Below, one piece after another: positions 39,409 to 49,575 of a stretch of DNA of 64,000 nt. Origin of the DNA: a virus; IMG/VR virus record IMGVR_UViG_3300028586_000750; one strand, given 5' to 3'. Position 1 is the stretch's first letter; every line of letters starts with the position of its first letter. The notes below the pieces were generated by a model. That model was not told the DNA's origin, did no database searches, and saw nothing but the letters and a program-made list of their open reading frames with translations. Both the position numbers and the translations under genes were made by a program.

Positions 39409-40695
39409 ATGAATAAGAAAACAACTTGCCTGACAGTGGTAACAAGTTTCTCATTAGGGCTAGCCCTTTTCGCAGCGCCTGTTACCGCTTTTGCTGATGT
39501 GTTGGAGGACGAAACATCAGCAAATATTTCCCAAACCAATACTGCACCTAGCGCCCCAACTAATGTAACTTTTTATGAACAGAACAGTTACCCAGTATGG
39601 CTAAAATGGACAGCCAGCGTTGATGATACTGATTATAATTTGAAGTATTACATTTATCGTGATGGAATGCCTTTATCCAAAGTTGATTCATTTGCAAATG
39701 CACAAGAAGGTGTAGATTTTAGCGCCGAACCAGGTATGACTTACACTTATACTGTAGCTAGCAAAGATAGCTCAGGTAACATATCACCAATGAGTAATTC
39801 CGTTACTGTAACTATTCCTAAAGCTGATACTTCACCAACTTCACCTGTTCTTACTTCCATTAATGTAAATAGTGATTTTATTCTTTTCAGTCTGGAAGCT
39901 ACAGACGATAACGATGTTCCTTCATATGACATTTATGTTAACGGTAGCTTATATGAACGTGGTTATTCCGGAACTGAATACACGTTGTATTTAACTCCTG
40001 GCGAAACTTTTGAAATTAGCGCTATCGCTAGAGACAGTAAAAACAATACTTCTTCTGCTTCAAATAGCTTATATGCAACTGGTGATTTTGGAACAATAGT
40101 AACACCAGCACCAGGGCCTCTGGCTTCATCACCCTTAACTGATTTCAGAACTGAATATGTTGGACATAACGTTACATACTTCTCTTGGTCATCAGGAAAC
40201 ATACCTGCATATGACCTTGGTGCTTACGATATTTACCGAAATGGGGTAAAAATTGACACTGTTTGGGGTAATGGTTCAGATAGAAGTTCCTATACAGACA
40301 AAACAGCAGAAGCTAATACAACATACACATACAATGTTGTTGCTCATGATTGGAGAAATACGAATTATGACTTATCTGAGTCTTATGCTATTTCTACACC
40401 TGCGGACCCTAACGGATTAGACACTATTGCGCCTTCTAATATTTTGTTAAACTACTATTACTACAGCAGCTACATGGGTTTGCAGATGACATGGACGCAC
40501 GCAGTTGATAACTTCGGTTCTGTTGAGTACCAGATTTACCGTGATGGGGTACTTATCCACACCCAAATAGACACAACATATTTCAATGACCAAGATGTTA
40601 TGCCTGGTTCAACTTACAACTACACTGTAGTGACTGTTGATAGCTCTGGTAATACTGGTACTCCTTTGGAAATACCAAACGTACAAATTTATTAA
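39409..40695 (+). CDS. secreted fibronectin type III repeat protein
   Basis: Signal peptide (AFA); about 4 FN3 units PSAPTNV..W..S.D...YYIYRDG...YTYTV. Confidence 0.88.
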   Translation: MNKKTTCLTVVTSFSLGLALFAAPVTAFADVLEDETSANISQTNTAPSAPTNVTFYEQNSYPVWLKWTASVDDTDYNLKYYIYRDGMPLSKVDSFANAQEGVDFSAEPGMTYTYTVASKDSSGNISPMSNSVTVTIPKADTSPTSPVLTSINVNSDFILFSLEATDDNDVPSYDIYVNGSLYERGYSGTEYTLYLTPGETFEISAIARDSKNNTSSASNSLYATGDFGTIVTPAPGPLASSPLTDFRTEYVGHNVTYFSWSSGNIPAYDLGAYDIYRNGVKIDTVWGNGSDRSSYTDKTAEANTTYTYNVVAHDWRNTNYDLSESYAISTPADPNGLDTIAPSNILLNYYYYSSYMGLQMTWTHAVDNFGSVEYQIYRDGVLIHTQIDTTYFNDQDVMPGSTYNYTVVTVDSSGNTGTPLEIPNVQIY

Positions 40696-40707
40696 TAGGC
40701 CATAGTT

Positions 40708-40739
40708 AAAGGCCCCACCAGTTATCTGGTGGGGCCTTT
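40708..40739. repeat. palindrome family member
   Basis: aaaggccccaccag ttat ctggtggggccttt. Confidence 0.85.
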
Positions 40740-40775
40740 TCCGATATATAAAACATACAAACATATAAGGTATCT

Positions 40776-41210
40776 ATGAAAACTGCATTTTGTACTAAAC
40801 GCGCCATAATGGTACTTGCTTTAGCTTTAAGCGGAACGGCACTATTAAGTGGGTGCGGAGGCGGGTTTACCGCTTTGCCTGACGAAGAACGGTACCAATA
40901 TATCAATGAAGCTAAAGATATAGCAGAACCAGAAAGTGCTGGAAAAATAACTACTGGGGGTTACGATACGGGAGACGGAATTTTCTCACCTTCATCATAC
41001 CGCGTAACAATTGAAGGCAAAGATACTTATAATATTTTGAAAGAAAGATTAAAGAAAGCACCTGACAATGGATGTCAAGAATCCGCTGACATGACATATG
41101 TATCTTGCGAAATTAAACAAGCTGATAGTAAAATTACTAGAGAGACAGTAAATGCTACTCGAACCAGATTTGAAATTGTAGATACAATGAGTGGACGTGA
41201 TGCAGAATAG
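40776..41210 (+). CDS. lipoprotein
   Basis: Lipobox LSGC. Confidence 0.78.
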   Translation: MKTAFCTKRAIMVLALALSGTALLSGCGGGFTALPDEERYQYINEAKDIAEPESAGKITTGGYDTGDGIFSPSSYRVTIEGKDTYNILKERLKKAPDNGCQESADMTYVSCEIKQADSKITRETVNATRTRFEIVDTMSGRDAE

Positions 41211-41286
41211 CAGTTAAGCACCCATTGACAATACACCTATATCAATGGTAATGTAATAAGACATAATATTAAGGATATATGTTTAT

Positions 41287-41550
41287 ATGATCAAACCCGC
41301 CCGTGTCTATGTTGAATGTTCTGTGGATAACACTCGTAGCAAGATGACTGAGGATGACCTTCATGCTGTTGCTATTAATTTCGCTTCACAAGTCCATGGA
41401 GTTATCACAGACAGACTCATCACCGATGATGACTTGTGGTGGCGAGTAGTCATTGATGCTTACGCGGAAGACAAGCGTCTTGACCGTATTGCTAACCAAA
41501 CCATCCAACAGTATCCTTATGTTGACATTGGATGGTTTGATAGGGACTAA
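41287..41550 (+). CDS. hypothetical protein
   Basis: TTGACA-N18-TAATGT promoter at 41225-41254. Confidence 0.7.
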   Translation: MIKPARVYVECSVDNTRSKMTEDDLHAVAINFASQVHGVITDRLITDDDLWWRVVIDAYAEDKRLDRIANQTIQQYPYVDIGWFDRD

Positions 41551-41807
41551 ACTTCGTCTTCAACATATCCAATGTGTTGAGAGTTGAATTGGAACATATC
41601 ATGTGGGTCTGCATACCATTTGATTTCTAGAACTTCAAGACGTGCAGTTTTACCAGAAGACATGCTGATAAGTAGGTTATCACCTACTTGAATTGGTTTA
41701 TTGGCATGCCCAACACCGCTAATCTGCCATTTTTCACGGTCAACTTCAAGCTGACGTAAAGCCCAACCCCATGCTTTTTTACTAACTGTAAAATCATATG
41801 TTTGCAT
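41547..41807 (-). CDS. hypothetical protein
   Basis: AAGGA RBS. Confidence 0.7.
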   Translation of the reverse strand: MQTYDFTVSKKAWGWALRQLEVDREKWQISGVGHANKPIQVGDNLLISMSSGKTARLEVLEIKWYADPHDMFQFNSQHIGYVEDEV

Positions 41808-42096
41808 TCTTGATCCTTTTGTTTATTAAACAAATGTTATCATGATTATTGCTTATGGTCAAGCTGTATGCTCCGGCTAAGCTTGTTTTTGTTTGTTTTG
41901 ATAAGCGTATAGCTTATACATCGCTTTGATAAGCTATACGCTTATCAAAAACCACAATATGTCACATTTTAGCAACATATAATATGTTACTAGAAAAGCT
42001 TGGACTAATTTACATGCCAAGCTTTTCTTTTATATTCCTGTTGCACAACCGCTTTTGGAGTGCTAGACTAAATTTAATCATTCACCGCTACACCAT

Positions 42097-42378
42097 TTGG
42101 AGAAAATAATGTACGTAACTCACGATGACATTCTTAAGGCTGCTCTTCTTTCCCTGAACATCCAGGGTGACAAGAACTTCAAGCGCGCGCAGCTTATCAG
42201 CGTCGAGACTGAGGTAGCAGCAACCAGCCTCCAGGAAGGTAAACTTAAGGTTGAGCTTACCGGACACTTTAAGCTTGGTGAGCGTACGGAGTATTTCTAC
42301 TTCTCGCGTGAGGGTTACGATGCTGTCAAGTTCCTTGACATTGCTATCCGTGAGGCAATGGGTAACCGCCGTTACTAA
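42097..42378 (+). CDS. hypothetical protein
   Basis: ORF track; ATG at MYV alternative start. Confidence 0.7.
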   Translation: MEKIMYVTHDDILKAALLSLNIQGDKNFKRAQLISVETEVAATSLQEGKLKVELTGHFKLGERTEYFYFSREGYDAVKFLDIAIREAMGNRRY

Positions 42379-42487
42379 ATCTTAAACATTTTGGCCCCTA
42401 CCTTGTCTTAGGTAGGGGCCAAAATGTTTTTCCAAGCACAAAAAGCTGTGGCCGCTTCTATCTTTAGAAGCGGCCACAGCTTTTTCA

Positions 42488-42820
42488 TTACTTAGCTGGC
42501 TCGTAGTAAACGACCTCGTAAGTCTTCCTTACCATTTCTGTGAACACGATATGTACGTTGGGATTACCCCAATCGCGGAAGTGGTCGACACCGTACAGGT
42601 TGTCATTTAGAGCAACACCGTAAACCTTACCATCACGGATACGAGTTGCGGTGTAGTACACCTTCCACTCGTCCAGTCCAGTGACGTAGGTGCTAGTAAT
42701 TTCTAGCCCAGTGAAGCCAGGCAGGAAACGACTGTGCTCGCCATTACGTAGCGTACCGGCCTCTGCGTTGAAGGCGCGCTTAACGTCCCTCATACGGAGC
42801 TTCATGGTTGCAGTCATCAT
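42488..42820 (-). CDS. hypothetical protein
   Basis: AAGGA RBS. Confidence 0.7.
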   Translation of the reverse strand: MMTATMKLRMRDVKRAFNAEAGTLRNGEHSRFLPGFTGLEITSTYVTGLDEWKVYYTATRIRDGKVYGVALNDNLYGVDHFRDWGNPNVHIVFTEMVRKTYEVVYYEPAK

Positions 42821-43133
42821 CTTTCCTTAGGTTTAGTGTTTACTGACTTGTTCAAAGATATCAGTAGTGTCAACGAAAGTCAACCTACCTAATAATGACA
42901 GGACACTAAATTAGTTAGTTATTTGGATAAAAAACACGCAATCCGGATATGGTTAAGAAAAATTTTGTACAATTAAGTTTTTTGTAAAAGCACTCTCACC
43001 AGCATGTATTGTTTGTAACCCATTTGAGGGTAAATAAGTGTTTTAAATAAAAATAACAAACGCTATTTTTATAACAGAAAAGCACCGATACTCATGTAGA
43101 ACATTTACACGATTAAAGGAGGGACATATAACA

Positions 43134-46070
43134 ATGTCAAATCGTAAAGTAGTCTCAACCCGAAAAAGAATTATTGCAGGGACACTAACAACGCTATTAG
43201 CGTGTGGTGGTTTTGTTGGAATGGCCGCAACACAGGCATCAGCAGCAACATGGGCGGACCAAGCAAACAGTTCAGCTAAAGAATTACCAACAGCCGCATC
43301 AGCTTATAGCAACAAAGGAATAAGAGTAGCAGACGGAATTAATCCACCAACAAACTCATGGATTTCAGGAGCAGTTTTCGTAGGAGACGGAACACCTAAA
43401 CCAACATTTACAGGTTCCACATCATTTAAAACGTATGATGACAGTTTTGGCGTATTCATGCCTAATATTGTTGCAACACCAAAAACAGTGTTCGGTATGT
43501 ATTCCGATGATAACCAAATCAAATTCAAACCAGCCGGAGCGTCCAGCTACCAGTTAACAAGAATTGATGACATTTCCGCTGACCTAACCTATATGAACGG
43601 TTCACAAAAAGTTGGTACAGTCACATCAGCAGAAGGCTGGCCTTATGTTCAATACAAAGCAAACACAGCACAACAAGTAAAAGTTACAGCACCAAACGCT
43701 ATAACTAAAATTGATGGTGGTTACACTTTTAAAGACAACAATGGTACAACCTACAGAGTTATTACCAGTGCAACTTTGACTGACGGTAACTTAAACCTCA
43801 AAGCAGGCCAAATGGCTCATGTTTATGCGGTACCAAAAAACGCATCAGCGGATGAAATCAAAACTCTCGATGCAGGCGCTGTAGAACTAACAGGTAGTAA
43901 CACCAGTTACGCTATCACCAATGGTGAAGCTGTAACAGAGTTCACATTAAAAACAGTAGATAATAAACCAACTGTGTTTGCATCTATGCCTCACCAAGAT
44001 AAAATAACTAGTAACGGCACCACTTTAAAAAGTACCTACGAAAACCTTCAAGGAACAATGGACTTACTTAGTGGTAACAAGTTTACATACGCTATTCCAG
44101 CGCTTGCAACTCCACTTGATTTAGACCTTTCAGGTATGAGTGATGAAGAAAAGACAACACTTAAAGCTCAAATTCGTGCTGACATTCCAACAGTAACTAA
44201 ATTTGATGCCGAAGGTTCATATTATGGTGGTAAGTACCTTGAACGTGCTGTTCAGGTTTACCGTTTAGCTAAGCAGCTTGATATGAAAACGGAAAGCGCA
44301 ACATTGAAAACAGCTATCACCGCTGAGCTAGACATGTGGATGGACCCTGACCGTTGCGAAACAGAGTCAACTAAATGCTTTACCTATGATGAACTTCTTA
44401 AAGGTGTTGTTGGGCAAAAAGCAGAATATGGTTCTGATACAGAATTTAATGACCATTACTTCCACTATGGTTACTTCTTATATGCTGCGGGAGCTATGGC
44501 ATTAGATGACCCAACATTAGTTTCTAAATATAAGACTGTTGCTGACATTCTTGCTGCTGATATTGCTAATACACAAGATACTGACACAGCAATTGAACGT
44601 CGCAACTTTGATGATTATGCAGGCCACTCATGGGCTTCTGGTGTTTCACCATTCCAAGATGGAAATAACCAAGAGTCAACTAGTGAAGCAACAAATGCTT
44701 GGATTGGTCTTAACCTTTGGGCTACTGCTTCTGGTAACACCGAGTTAGCTACAGAAGCACAATGGATGTTCTCTAACGAAGCTCGCACAGCAGTTCAATA
44801 TTACCTAAATCCTACAAAAAGAGACGGCTTCACGTCGCCTCATCTATCCATGGTTTGGGGAGGTAAAGCAGACTATGCAACATGGTTCAGCGGCCAAGCA
44901 TCAGCTATTACAGGCATTCAAGTTATTCCTGTGGCACCAGCACATATTGCATATTTGAAGAGCGTAGGAGACGCGCAACTTGATGTACTTAGCGATAGCG
45001 TATTTGGAGCTAACAACGAAAATGTTTCAGGTCAACCATTGGTTGATTGGACTGTTGCGTTAACAGCAATGAATGACCAAGAACGTGCTGAATTACTTTA
45101 TGGTAAATTGAAGGACAGTGACATTGATAATGGTAATACTCGTTCTTACTTGTATGCTCTTATTCATTCCGCTGGCGCAGTTGAGTCTGCGCCAGTTATT
45201 CCAAGTAACCCTTCTGAACCAACTACACCCGTGACACCACCCGTAGTTACTCCACCTGTTACTCCACCAGTAACAACCCCCGAGCCAACTACACCACCAG
45301 TAGATAGTGGTAAAGCATCTGCAACAGGCTCATTAACTGATACTGCTGACGGTGACCACACTGTATCTGAAAATGGAAGTATCACACAAAAACTATCTTA
45401 TACAGGGTTAACACCTAATAATGATTATGTTGTTATTACAGAACTGTTTGATACCAAAACTGGTGCAATTGTTGGCGTAAAAGACAAAGTATTCCGCCCA
45501 GCAACAGCAACAGGTGAAACAAGTTTGGCCTTTAGCTACAGCGATAACTTTAAAGGTAAAACAATTGTGGCACATACTCGTTTGTTAGGGCCTGGTGGCG
45601 CTGTAATTGCTAACTTGAATAAAACAAGTGATACAAACCAGATTGTTACTTTCAGTGGTGGACAAACAACACCACCAGTTGTTACCCCACCTGTAACAAC
45701 CCCCGAGGTACCATCCGGTTCTCCTAAGTTTACTTCTGAGCTAACTGATGCTTCTGATGGTGACCACAATGCTAAAAATGGTGCAGAGTTAAAACAAACA
45801 GTTAACTATACAAACCTTAATGCAGGTCAAGATTACGTTATTGTTGTTGAACTGTTGGATGCTACAACTCAACAACCTGTGGGTGTGGTAAAAGACAAAG
45901 TATTCCGTCCATCAACATCAAATGGAACAACCACTTTGAGCGTTCCAACAAGTAACTCACAGAATGGTAAAACCGTATTCGCCAAAGTACGCTTTCTAGG
46001 GCCTGCTGGGGCAGAGTTCAGTAATGTTACTACTGAACTAAATGCAAAACAATCAGTTAAGTTAGGTTAA
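43134..46070 (+). CDS. secreted GH81 endo-1,3-beta-glucanase with PT linkers and two C-terminal VaFE-like repeats
   Basis: Signal peptide (ASA), PPTNSW, FNDHYFHYGYFLYAA, HSWASG, GNNQESTSEA; duplicated LTD.(A/S)DGDH...Y.GL domain; AAGGAGG RBS. Confidence 0.9.
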   Translation: MSNRKVVSTRKRIIAGTLTTLLACGGFVGMAATQASAATWADQANSSAKELPTAASAYSNKGIRVADGINPPTNSWISGAVFVGDGTPKPTFTGSTSFKTYDDSFGVFMPNIVATPKTVFGMYSDDNQIKFKPAGASSYQLTRIDDISADLTYMNGSQKVGTVTSAEGWPYVQYKANTAQQVKVTAPNAITKIDGGYTFKDNNGTTYRVITSATLTDGNLNLKAGQMAHVYAVPKNASADEIKTLDAGAVELTGSNTSYAITNGEAVTEFTLKTVDNKPTVFASMPHQDKITSNGTTLKSTYENLQGTMDLLSGNKFTYAIPALATPLDLDLSGMSDEEKTTLKAQIRADIPTVTKFDAEGSYYGGKYLERAVQVYRLAKQLDMKTESATLKTAITAELDMWMDPDRCETESTKCFTYDELLKGVVGQKAEYGSDTEFNDHYFHYGYFLYAAGAMALDDPTLVSKYKTVADILAADIANTQDTDTAIERRNFDDYAGHSWASGVSPFQDGNNQESTSEATNAWIGLNLWATASGNTELATEAQWMFSNEARTAVQYYLNPTKRDGFTSPHLSMVWGGKADYATWFSGQASAITGIQVIPVAPAHIAYLKSVGDAQLDVLSDSVFGANNENVSGQPLVDWTVALTAMNDQERAELLYGKLKDSDIDNGNTRSYLYALIHSAGAVESAPVIPSNPSEPTTPVTPPVVTPPVTPPVTTPEPTTPPVDSGKASATGSLTDTADGDHTVSENGSITQKLSYTGLTPNNDYVVITELFDTKTGAIVGVKDKVFRPATATGETSLAFSYSDNFKGKTIVAHTRLLGPGGAVIANLNKTSDTNQIVTFSGGQTTPPVVTPPVTTPEVPSGSPKFTSELTDASDGDHNAKNGAELKQTVNYTNLNAGQDYVIVVELLDATTQQPVGVVKDKVFRPSTSNGTTTLSVPTSNSQNGKTVFAKVRFLGPAGAEFSNVTTELNAKQSVKLG

Positions 46071-46236
46071 CTAGGTTAGTTCTAAATTAAAAAGAAGCGG
46101 TGTCTTACAAAATATTGTAAGACACCGCTTCTTTTTAAACGTTTAAACTAGTGATCTTAATAAAGATCCATCTGATTAAATAGAAATGGTGTTGTTCGCT
46201 CTCATAAAAACGAACAACACCATAACTTTTTAACTA

Positions 46237-47979
46237 TTAAATATTACCAATCTTTTTGGTATTCGTTGGAACATTAATAAGCTTTGCAATATCCGCTGGG
46301 ATAGGTGTAGCAACACTTACGTTATTTGTTTCATCAGCAGTCATACTGCTAAGAGGAAGAACTGTTTTAGTTATAGCGTTCTTCCATGTTGGATTAATAT
46401 TTTTGTTTAATGCTTCTGGTGTATCATAGCGAATGAAATCACCTGTTGAGTCAGGTGTTACACCCCATGCAACAACAGTGTTTTGACCAGTCTGAGCACG
46501 AACATTGAATAAGTTGCCTGTTAACGTAATGTTTTTAGGAGCGGCATTCAAAGCGTAGAACTGGAACCCTTTAGTGGCACCAAAAGTGTTGTTAGCAATG
46601 GTGATATCTTTTGTTACCCATGAAACAGTAGGGTCTGGTAACGGTTGACGTGGGTCATGACCAGGAACTTTAGTGTCTGAGGCTAAACGACTATCTTGTG
46701 CTACACGAACAGCGAAGCGAGAGTTATTTTCAAACTCGTTATTGTAAACTTTTACGTCACCAGTGCCCACAATGGTTAAACCATCTGTTTGGTTACTGGA
46801 ACTGTTGTTGGCAACAATAACTTTTTGAGACAATTCAAGAGAAATACCTGTTGAACTGTTGTTATTAGTAATGCTGTTGGTAATAGACGCGTTGTAAACG
46901 GATTCGTCTAACCAAATACCTGCACCCCAGTTGTTACTTGAATAAAGGTTGTCAATTTTAACATCACGTGAACGTGTGATTTTGAAACCGCCAGCCACTG
47001 GTGCTTGTTTGAATTGCTGGAAATTGTTTTGTTCAATACGTGAGTTCGTGAAGGATGAACCGTATGCTGCGTTAGAACCTAAACCAAGCATTCCGCTTCT
47101 TAGAATAGTTACATGGTCAACTTTAGCATTGTTGTTACTCATGCTAAGACCAAGGTATGCGTTGTCTTCTATTTGAAGGTTTTGTGCTGTAGCGTTAATG
47201 TTAACCATACGGACAGCAGCTTGGTCTTCACTTGTTGAAGCGTAACGTCTTACACCAAAACCTTGAAGTGTTGTTCCTGCTGAGTTAACCATGATACCGG
47301 CACTCAAGTTGCTTATACGAACTTCTTTACCTACGGGACTTGTTCCAATAATAACTTTTTTAGCCACAGTATCAACGTAGAAAGTATTACTTTTAACTTC
47401 TGCGGCAGTGGCTACTTGTGTCATCTGCACACCATTAATGAACACTTGGTCACGTTTAGACGCTAAAGGATGGTCTTTATGTACGTAACGTGGGTTATCT
47501 GCGATACCATCAATTACTGATGATGGGAAGAAGGACCAAGGGGTTGACCATGTTGTACCATTTTGTGTCCATGTGGTTACTTTTTGCGAACCATCAAACC
47601 ATACAGTTTCTTTAGGATAAGCCTGAATGGTAAGAGGTTTGCTGTAAGGGACATTAATGCTTTCGTTGTACTCACCTGCACGTACAACAACCGTTTGACC
47701 TGCTTTAGCTTTTGTAACAGCAGCTTGAACTGTTTTTAATGGGCTTGCTAGCGTCCCTGCGGCTGTATCAGAGCCTGTTGGAGCTACAACAAGTGCAGTA
47801 GAAGGGACAGCATAGTTTGTCGTTCCTAGCTTAGCTGAGCCTTGCGTTGATGATGGTCCAGTTACAGGTAGCGTTGCAGCGTTTGCACCGGTTACTGTAA
47901 TTAGCGGAGAAACAAGAAGAGCGATAGTTATAGCACCTACCGCTCGTTTCTTTTTACTAAAAATAGATAGTTGTTTCAT
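46237..47979 (-). CDS. secreted right-handed parallel beta-helix protein (pectin-lyase-like fold)
   Basis: Signal peptide (ANA); VAPTGSD..AGT...PLKT, VVVRAGEY, N-rich I.NN repeats. Confidence 0.83.
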   Translation of the reverse strand: MKQLSIFSKKKRAVGAITIALLVSPLITVTGANAATLPVTGPSSTQGSAKLGTTNYAVPSTALVVAPTGSDTAAGTLASPLKTVQAAVTKAKAGQTVVVRAGEYNESINVPYSKPLTIQAYPKETVWFDGSQKVTTWTQNGTTWSTPWSFFPSSVIDGIADNPRYVHKDHPLASKRDQVFINGVQMTQVATAAEVKSNTFYVDTVAKKVIIGTSPVGKEVRISNLSAGIMVNSAGTTLQGFGVRRYASTSEDQAAVRMVNINATAQNLQIEDNAYLGLSMSNNNAKVDHVTILRSGMLGLGSNAAYGSSFTNSRIEQNNFQQFKQAPVAGGFKITRSRDVKIDNLYSSNNWGAGIWLDESVYNASITNSITNNNSSTGISLELSQKVIVANNSSSNQTDGLTIVGTGDVKVYNNEFENNSRFAVRVAQDSRLASDTKVPGHDPRQPLPDPTVSWVTKDITIANNTFGATKGFQFYALNAAPKNITLTGNLFNVRAQTGQNTVVAWGVTPDSTGDFIRYDTPEALNKNINPTWKNAITKTVLPLSSMTADETNNVSVATPIPADIAKLINVPTNTKKIGNI

Positions 47980-48165
47980 TGTTGAATTACCTTTCCTCAT
48001 GGTATTTTTTTGAATACAAAATGAACCCTTAATATGGGTGCACTCTATCCCCGTTTTAAATATCTGCATTTTGTTTAAGACCGCAACATAATAGGAAAAG
48101 TCTGGTATCAAAATGGTTAACACTTTAATACCAGACTTTTCCTAGAAAACTTTAGATAAGAATAG

Positions 48166-48414
48166 TTATTCTCCAAAAATAGCTACTCTTGCTGTTCCCA
48201 TAGCTTCTACAATCTTATCTTCCGCCCAAGATACAATAGCTTCTTTTTCATCTTCTGAGTAAATAACTTCAGAGTCGCTGACTCTATAGTTATATAAGTA
48301 TTCGTTGATAGTAGACCAACTCGTATCGCCTTCACCTGATAGCCAGTTGTTAAGAATGACGTGAGCTAATTTATCTACGGTTTCTTTATGGTCTTCATAC
48401 TTTACATCTGACAT
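48166..48414 (-). CDS. hypothetical protein
   Basis: AAGGA RBS before MSDVKY. Confidence 0.7.
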   Translation of the reverse strand: MSDVKYEDHKETVDKLAHVILNNWLSGEGDTSWSTINEYLYNYRVSDSEVIYSEDEKEAIVSWAEDKIVEAMGTARVAIFGE

Positions 48415-48544
48415 TATTTTCCTTTGTTTATGCGGGATATTACTCAATCTTACCATTTTTTGTCACATAAATCAACTTATGGTTTTGTTTGTTTCTACCT
48501 GTGTCTGGTCTATTTTTGTTTTTCTGTTTGTTTGAATTAGACAT

Positions 48545-48580
48545 AAAAAATACCCCCCATTATAAAAATGGGGGGTATTT
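48545..48580 (-). terminator. intrinsic terminator closing the ncRNA transcript
   Basis: aaatacccccatt..aatggggggtattt hairpin followed by T-run on the minus strand. Confidence 0.75.
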
Positions 48581-48929
48581 CGTAGCGAGTGTCAGCTTTA
48601 GCTCATGACTTCTGCCGCTGTCTTCACTACTACAGATTTTCACTGTTTGCCTCTTGCCACCTTCGGGTCTGAGCCAGTCCCTAATGGAGGATAGTATCCG
48701 CCGACACGTCCTTTGGTCTGTTTGCCTTGGTTATACAAACACAATACTTATTTTTATCCGTTATTCCTGGTGTCCCTCCCTTGCCACCATTACAGCAGCC
48801 GAGTTTGACTCAAAGTATTTTACAGTTTTTACCTATGCAGTTAACAACTCACTGTCAGTTTCTACGGTTTCACGATAACCGCCAACGGAACATCTTTCAG
48901 GCGCGACCCGTCAATTTGTTCACTCACAG
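48581..48929 (-). ncRNA. large ornate structured RNA, ROOL-like
   Basis: No ORF on this strand; 5'/3' closing helix GTGAGT/ACTCGC, long-range GTGTCGGC/GCTGACAC and GGCTCA/TGAGCT helices, many hairpins; directly 3' of tRNA-Lys. Family assignment is from recalled similarity only. Confidence 0.55.
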
Positions 48930-49002
48930 TGCCCTCTCAGGGACTCGAACCCTGGACCCAACGATTAAGAGTCGCTTGCTCTACCAACTGAGCTAAAAAG
49001 GC
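48930..49002 (-). tRNA. tRNA-Lys(CUU)
   Basis: Full cloverleaf, anticodon loop CT-CTT-AA, GGTTCGAGTCC. Confidence 0.95.
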
Positions 49003-49220
49003 GTAAATAGTGGAGAAAATGGGAACTTCCCTACATTTTCTGCACTAGACTTGGTTTTCCACTCGGGGCTATGTCAAGCCCCTGCCATCGGATTTGCTGT
49101 CTGTTACGATAAGCTCCCGGCCCGTTCCGAAGTGTACCTTTAGTATCGGTTGAATAAGTTCAAATCAGATTCAAACAAAACTAAAGTTGTTTATGTAAAT
49201 CTCTTTTGTGTTATAAGTTA

Positions 49221-49249
49221 AGTTTAACAGACCTTCATAGCAATGTCAA
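49221..49249 (-). promoter_or_regulatory. SigA-like promoter for the tRNA-Lys/ncRNA transcript
   Basis: TTGACA-N17-TAAACT. Confidence 0.75.
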
Positions 49250-49380
49250 ACTATTTTGTTAAATTTAAGTCCAGTTAGAGGCCAGTGTCATCATAATGAT
49301 GTAAAGAGCTTTCTAAGTACCAGGACTTAGTAGAGGCTACCTTTCCCCTATGGGGCACCTGCATTACTGGAACAGTCAAT

Positions 49381-49500
49381 AAAAGTAAGATGAATTAAAG
49401 ATTCGAACTTTCCAGCAGAGTGTACACTCCGTCCAAGCATCCACGGAATCGAACCGTGTTCCTAGCTACTGTGGCCTACGTTGTATCTTCACTTACTTTT
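49381..49500 (-). ncRNA. structured RNA with two T-loop hairpins
   Basis: Closing stem AAAAGTAAG.TGAA/TTCA.CTTACTTTT enclosing CACGG-TTCGATT-CCGTG and AAAG-TTCGAAT-CTTT. Confidence 0.5.
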
Positions 49501-49502
49501 CG

Positions 49503-49575
49503 CTGGGGTAACTGGACTCGAACCAGTAACCTTAAAGTTAACAGCTTTCTGCTCTGCCAATTGAGCTATACCCCA
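49503..49575 (-). tRNA. tRNA-Asn(GUU)
   Basis: Cloverleaf TGGGGTA/TACCCCA, loop CT-GTT-AA, G73. Confidence 0.95.

Noticed and set aside
45220-45300. ACACCACC/ACTCCACC-type repeats here, at 45660-45710 and at 54625-54690
   Set aside because: Encode Pro/Thr linkers of secreted enzymes
48727-48996. Plus-strand ORFs over the ncRNA and tRNA genes (48654-48878, 48727-48996, 49420-49602, 56730-57018, 62995-63270)
   Set aside because: Antisense to tRNAs or structured RNAs, with no RBS and no protein-like motifs
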